DNA of 64,000 nt from Candidatus Latescibacterota bacterium. Its GTDB lineage: Bacteria > Latescibacterota > UBA2968 > UBA8231. Numbering within the stretch: position 1 is the first letter of the stretch; every line of letters starts with the position of its first letter. The notes under the pieces are model-generated. The model did not search any database and had not been told where the DNA came from. It saw only the letters and a program-made list of their open reading frames with translations. Shown piece after piece: positions 61,617 to 64,000 of this stretch. The DNA is taken from positions 128,001 through 192,000 of the forward strand of contig OZ242214.1 in assembly GCA_965206595.1 (NCBI GenBank). The letters run 5' to 3'. The translations under genes were made by a program, and so were the position numbers.

Positions 61617-62945
61617 CTACTGGCCGCGACAGCAGCGAAAACCGAGTTCCAGTCCATCCTGGCGAACGTAGGATGAGAAGATCGGGTCCTGCATCAGTTT
61701 CTCGATCTCCGTTTCGGAGTAGATGTCGAAATCACCCGCGGCCGGGATCGGCTCGAAGCGCCCGCTGGCATTCGTACAATCGAAGTCGGTGCTGACACCG
61801 CTCAGCCGGAACTCCCCCTGCCGCTCGGACAAGGAGGTGAAATCCATCGTCCACTCGAAGGCGTTGCCGATAAGGTCGTACACCCCCGCGGAGCTGCTGC
61901 AGTTCGGGAAAAAACCGGACGGAGCGACATCGGTGTATTCGGGTGAATCACCGGCGGTCGCCGATCCGGTGGTGTTGCAGTAACGCCGCCCGAAGTTTTC
62001 GGGCAGGCTCTCACGCACGTCGGTGGAAGAGAACCGCAGCCCCTCCGGACCCCTACAGGCGTGCTCCCACTCCGCCGAGGAGCAGAGCCTCTTCCCCTGA
62101 TCGGCGCACAGGCGCGCCGCCTCGAACCAGGATTTCGTCAACAGCGGCGGCTCGCCCCTGCGGTTCGGGTGTTCGTACAGGTCGATCTCGTAGGGGATCC
62201 CGGCGCCGTCTTCCCCCGGTATTTTCAGGGCCGTCATACCGGTTTCCTGAAGCTCGGGCACCGTTACCTGCAACAGGATCTCCGAGCGCACCGTGTCGGC
62301 GCCATCCGTCACTTCGAGGAGGACCGTGTAGGCGCCCGGGAACAGCGGGGTGATGTTCGCCTGCGTCCGGCCGCTTTCCATGCTGCGTTGGAGCAGCGCC
62401 TGGGGAGATCCTTCCGCGAGCCGCCAGTCGAAGGTCAGCGGATCGCCGTCTTCGTCCTCCGCGAATGCCTCGAGGACCACTACGTGCTCGCGGAAATGAA
62501 CCAGGGTATCGGTCACCGACGTCCGCAACGAGGGGGAGGACTGGATCACCTCGATCAGGAACGACTCGGTAATGTCTTCGGTTTCGTGCTGGCGATCGCT
62601 GATCGTCGCCGAAACCAGGAAGAACTCGGAACTGCCCTGAATGGAAAGGGGGGCGGTCCAGATGGTTGCGGGGCTCGTCGTGTCGCTGAAGCTGCCTGCA
62701 CCCGAGTCGTTCCAGGAGTACAGCAGCGGATCGTCGTCTTCGTCGGAAGCCCTTACCTCCAGCGACACCGATCCCCCGCGCCGGACGCGGGTGGTGTCGG
62801 CCGAGCTAACCTGGAGTGCAGGGGGTTCGTTCGGCAGCTCCTGGTGGAGGAGGCTGCAGGAAGCCGCTGCCATCAGCACCATTCCCAGGCTCGCCGGCAG
62901 CCGGCAGCCGGCGGCGTGCCGGTGCGGTGAAAAGCCGCGGGGCAC
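61617..62945 (-). CDS. Lipoprotein with two Ig/PKD-like domains and a C-terminal FGE-sulfatase (SUMF1)-like domain
   Basis: AASC lipobox; ASDEDDDPLLYSW and AEDEDGDPLTFDW; GKRLCSSAEWEHAC; GVYDLIGNAFEW; GFRCC. The true start may be downstream. Confidence 0.8.
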   Translation of the reverse strand: MPRGFSPHRHAAGCRLPASLGMVLMAAASCSLLHQELPNEPPALQVSSADTTRVRRGGSVSLEVRASDEDDDPLLYSWNDSGAGSFSDTTSPATIWTAPLSIQGSSEFFLVSATISDRQHETEDITESFLIEVIQSSPSLRTSVTDTLVHFREHVVVLEAFAEDEDGDPLTFDWRLAEGSPQALLQRSMESGRTQANITPLFPGAYTVLLEVTDGADTVRSEILLQVTVPELQETGMTALKIPGEDGAGIPYEIDLYEHPNRRGEPPLLTKSWFEAARLCADQGKRLCSSAEWEHACRGPEGLRFSSTDVRESLPENFGRRYCNTTGSATAGDSPEYTDVAPSGFFPNCSSSAGVYDLIGNAFEWTMDFTSLSERQGEFRLSGVSTDFDCTNASGRFEPIPAAGDFDIYSETEIEKLMQDPIFSSYVRQDGLELGFRCCRGQ

Positions 62946-63817
62946 TACTCGTCGCGCAGGAGCAGCTCGAGTATGCGCTCGAGATCGTCGTCGTCGTAGA
63001 ACTCGATCTCGACACGCCCCTTTTTCGAGTTGCGCCGGATACCCACGGAGGTCGCGAAGAAGTGGCGCAGCCGCTCCTCGTAGGCCGCAAGCAAAGGATC
63101 GGCGGGCGGGTCGCCGTTGACGGTTGGCTCGCGGCGCCGCCGCCGTCCCGATCCGGCCTTGCGGGTGGCGCTCTCGAGATCGCGGACGGTCAAGCCTTCG
63201 CTGACGGCGCGGCGTCCGAGCTCGAGGGCGTCGTCGAGCTCGAGGGAGACCAGCGTCCGGGCGTGTCCCATCTGAAGCTGGCCGGAACGCAGAAAATCCT
63301 GGAGTTCCTCAGGCAGCTTCAAAAGCCGCACGGTGTTGGCGATGGTCGAGCGGTCGCGGCCGACTTTTCGAGCGATATCCTCCTGGGTCAGCAGGCAGGT
63401 GTCCATCAACTCGCGATATCCCTGGGCCTCTTCAATCGGATTGAGATCTTCCCGCTGGATGTTCTCGATCAGCGAGAGTTCCATCAACTCCTCGGTGGAG
63501 TCGATCTCGTGCACGATGGCCGGAATCGTCTCCATCCCGGCCATCCTGGCTGCACGCCAGCGGCGTTCGCCTGCGATCAGATGGTAGCCCTGGCCGGAAC
63601 GGTTCACCGAGACGGGCTGGATGACCCCCTTTTCCTGGATGGAGCGCATCAGGCCGCGCAAGCTCTCCTCATCGAAATCGACGCGCTGCTGGTGGGGATT
63701 GGGTTCGATGTCGTCGACGGGAAGCGGAACGACCTGAACGCCCCCTTTGGCGCTGGTCTCACCGTATTCGGGGATCAGGGCGTGGATGCCCTTACCCAAT
63801 ACCTGCTTCTTAGCCAT
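62945..63817 (-). CDS. parB: Chromosome partitioning protein ParB/Spo0J
   Basis: LGKGIHALI, GVIQP, IAGERRWRAA, ENIQREDLNPIEEA, HTH. Confidence 0.96.
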   Translation of the reverse strand: MAKKQVLGKGIHALIPEYGETSAKGGVQVVPLPVDDIEPNPHQQRVDFDEESLRGLMRSIQEKGVIQPVSVNRSGQGYHLIAGERRWRAARMAGMETIPAIVHEIDSTEELMELSLIENIQREDLNPIEEAQGYRELMDTCLLTQEDIARKVGRDRSTIANTVRLLKLPEELQDFLRSGQLQMGHARTLVSLELDDALELGRRAVSEGLTVRDLESATRKAGSGRRRRREPTVNGDPPADPLLAAYEERLRHFFATSVGIRRNSKKGRVEIEFYDDDDLERILELLLRDE

Positions 63818-64000
63818 GCCGAATGATCTCTCCGGCGAGGCTCATGTAGTTCTGGGCACCGGGAGAAACGATATCGTAGAGGACGATCGGTTGTCCGTGA
63901 CCGGGGGCTTCCGCCAGGCGCACGTTTCGCGTTATCGCCGTACTGTAGACCTTGGTCCCGAAATAGGACCGAACCTCGTCGGCAACCTGGCGCGAGAGAT
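63810..64000 (-). CDS. parA: ParA/Soj ATPase, C-terminal part (truncated by the window)
   Basis: My manual translation gives ...ITRNVRLAEAPGHGQPIVLYD..SPGAQNYMSLAGEIIRHG*, overlapping the parB start. Confidence 0.9.
   Translation of the reverse strand, partial: LSRQVADEVRSYFGTKVYSTAITRNVRLAEAPGHGQPIVLYDIVSPGAQNYMSLAGEIIRHG

Noticed and set aside
61617-62200. FGE/C-type-lectin-fold C-terminus as a possible diversity-generating retroelement target
   Set aside because: No reverse transcriptase and no template repeat differing at adenines was seen in the window.

Overview
GC-rich (~65-70% by eye) bacterial chromosome segment. It is probably from a non-Bacteroidota member of the FCB superphylum (Latescibacterota/Gemmatimonadota-like); this is inferred from the T9SS-type genes and gene order, not from a search. 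Housekeeping genes include rpmB, folB/folK, purD, era, lexA, tilS-ftsH-folP-dacA, argR-argB-argD-argH, ligA, ctaB, mobA, larB, parB and a partial parA. The accessory content comprises: the end of a probable DUF6527 (bacterial ubiquitination-like) locus at the left edge; a HipBA-type toxin-antitoxin pair; a 7-gene type IX secretion (T9SS)-associated operon (PorU, PorV, M6-like/FG-GAP, peptidase-PD40-Omp85, two membrane paralogs, M30-like peptidase); a porin-imelysin-diheme iron cluster; and a 2201-aa lipoprotein with ~21 FN3 domains built from nested near-identical DNA repeats. Main observations: (1) the PorU sortase has Ser at the catalytic Cys position, and the neighbouring M6-like protein has lost its zinc motif. 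(2) Two genes, including the normally essential era, have no usable ATG/GTG/TTG start and appear to begin at a CTG overlapping the TTC-TGA end of an upstream PorV-family gene. (3) A GAAC-N4-GTTC box lies inside the lexA promoter. (4) The diadenylate cyclase has DQA instead of DGA. No rRNA, tRNA, CRISPR array or transposase was recognised. All family assignments are by motif recognition, without database searches.
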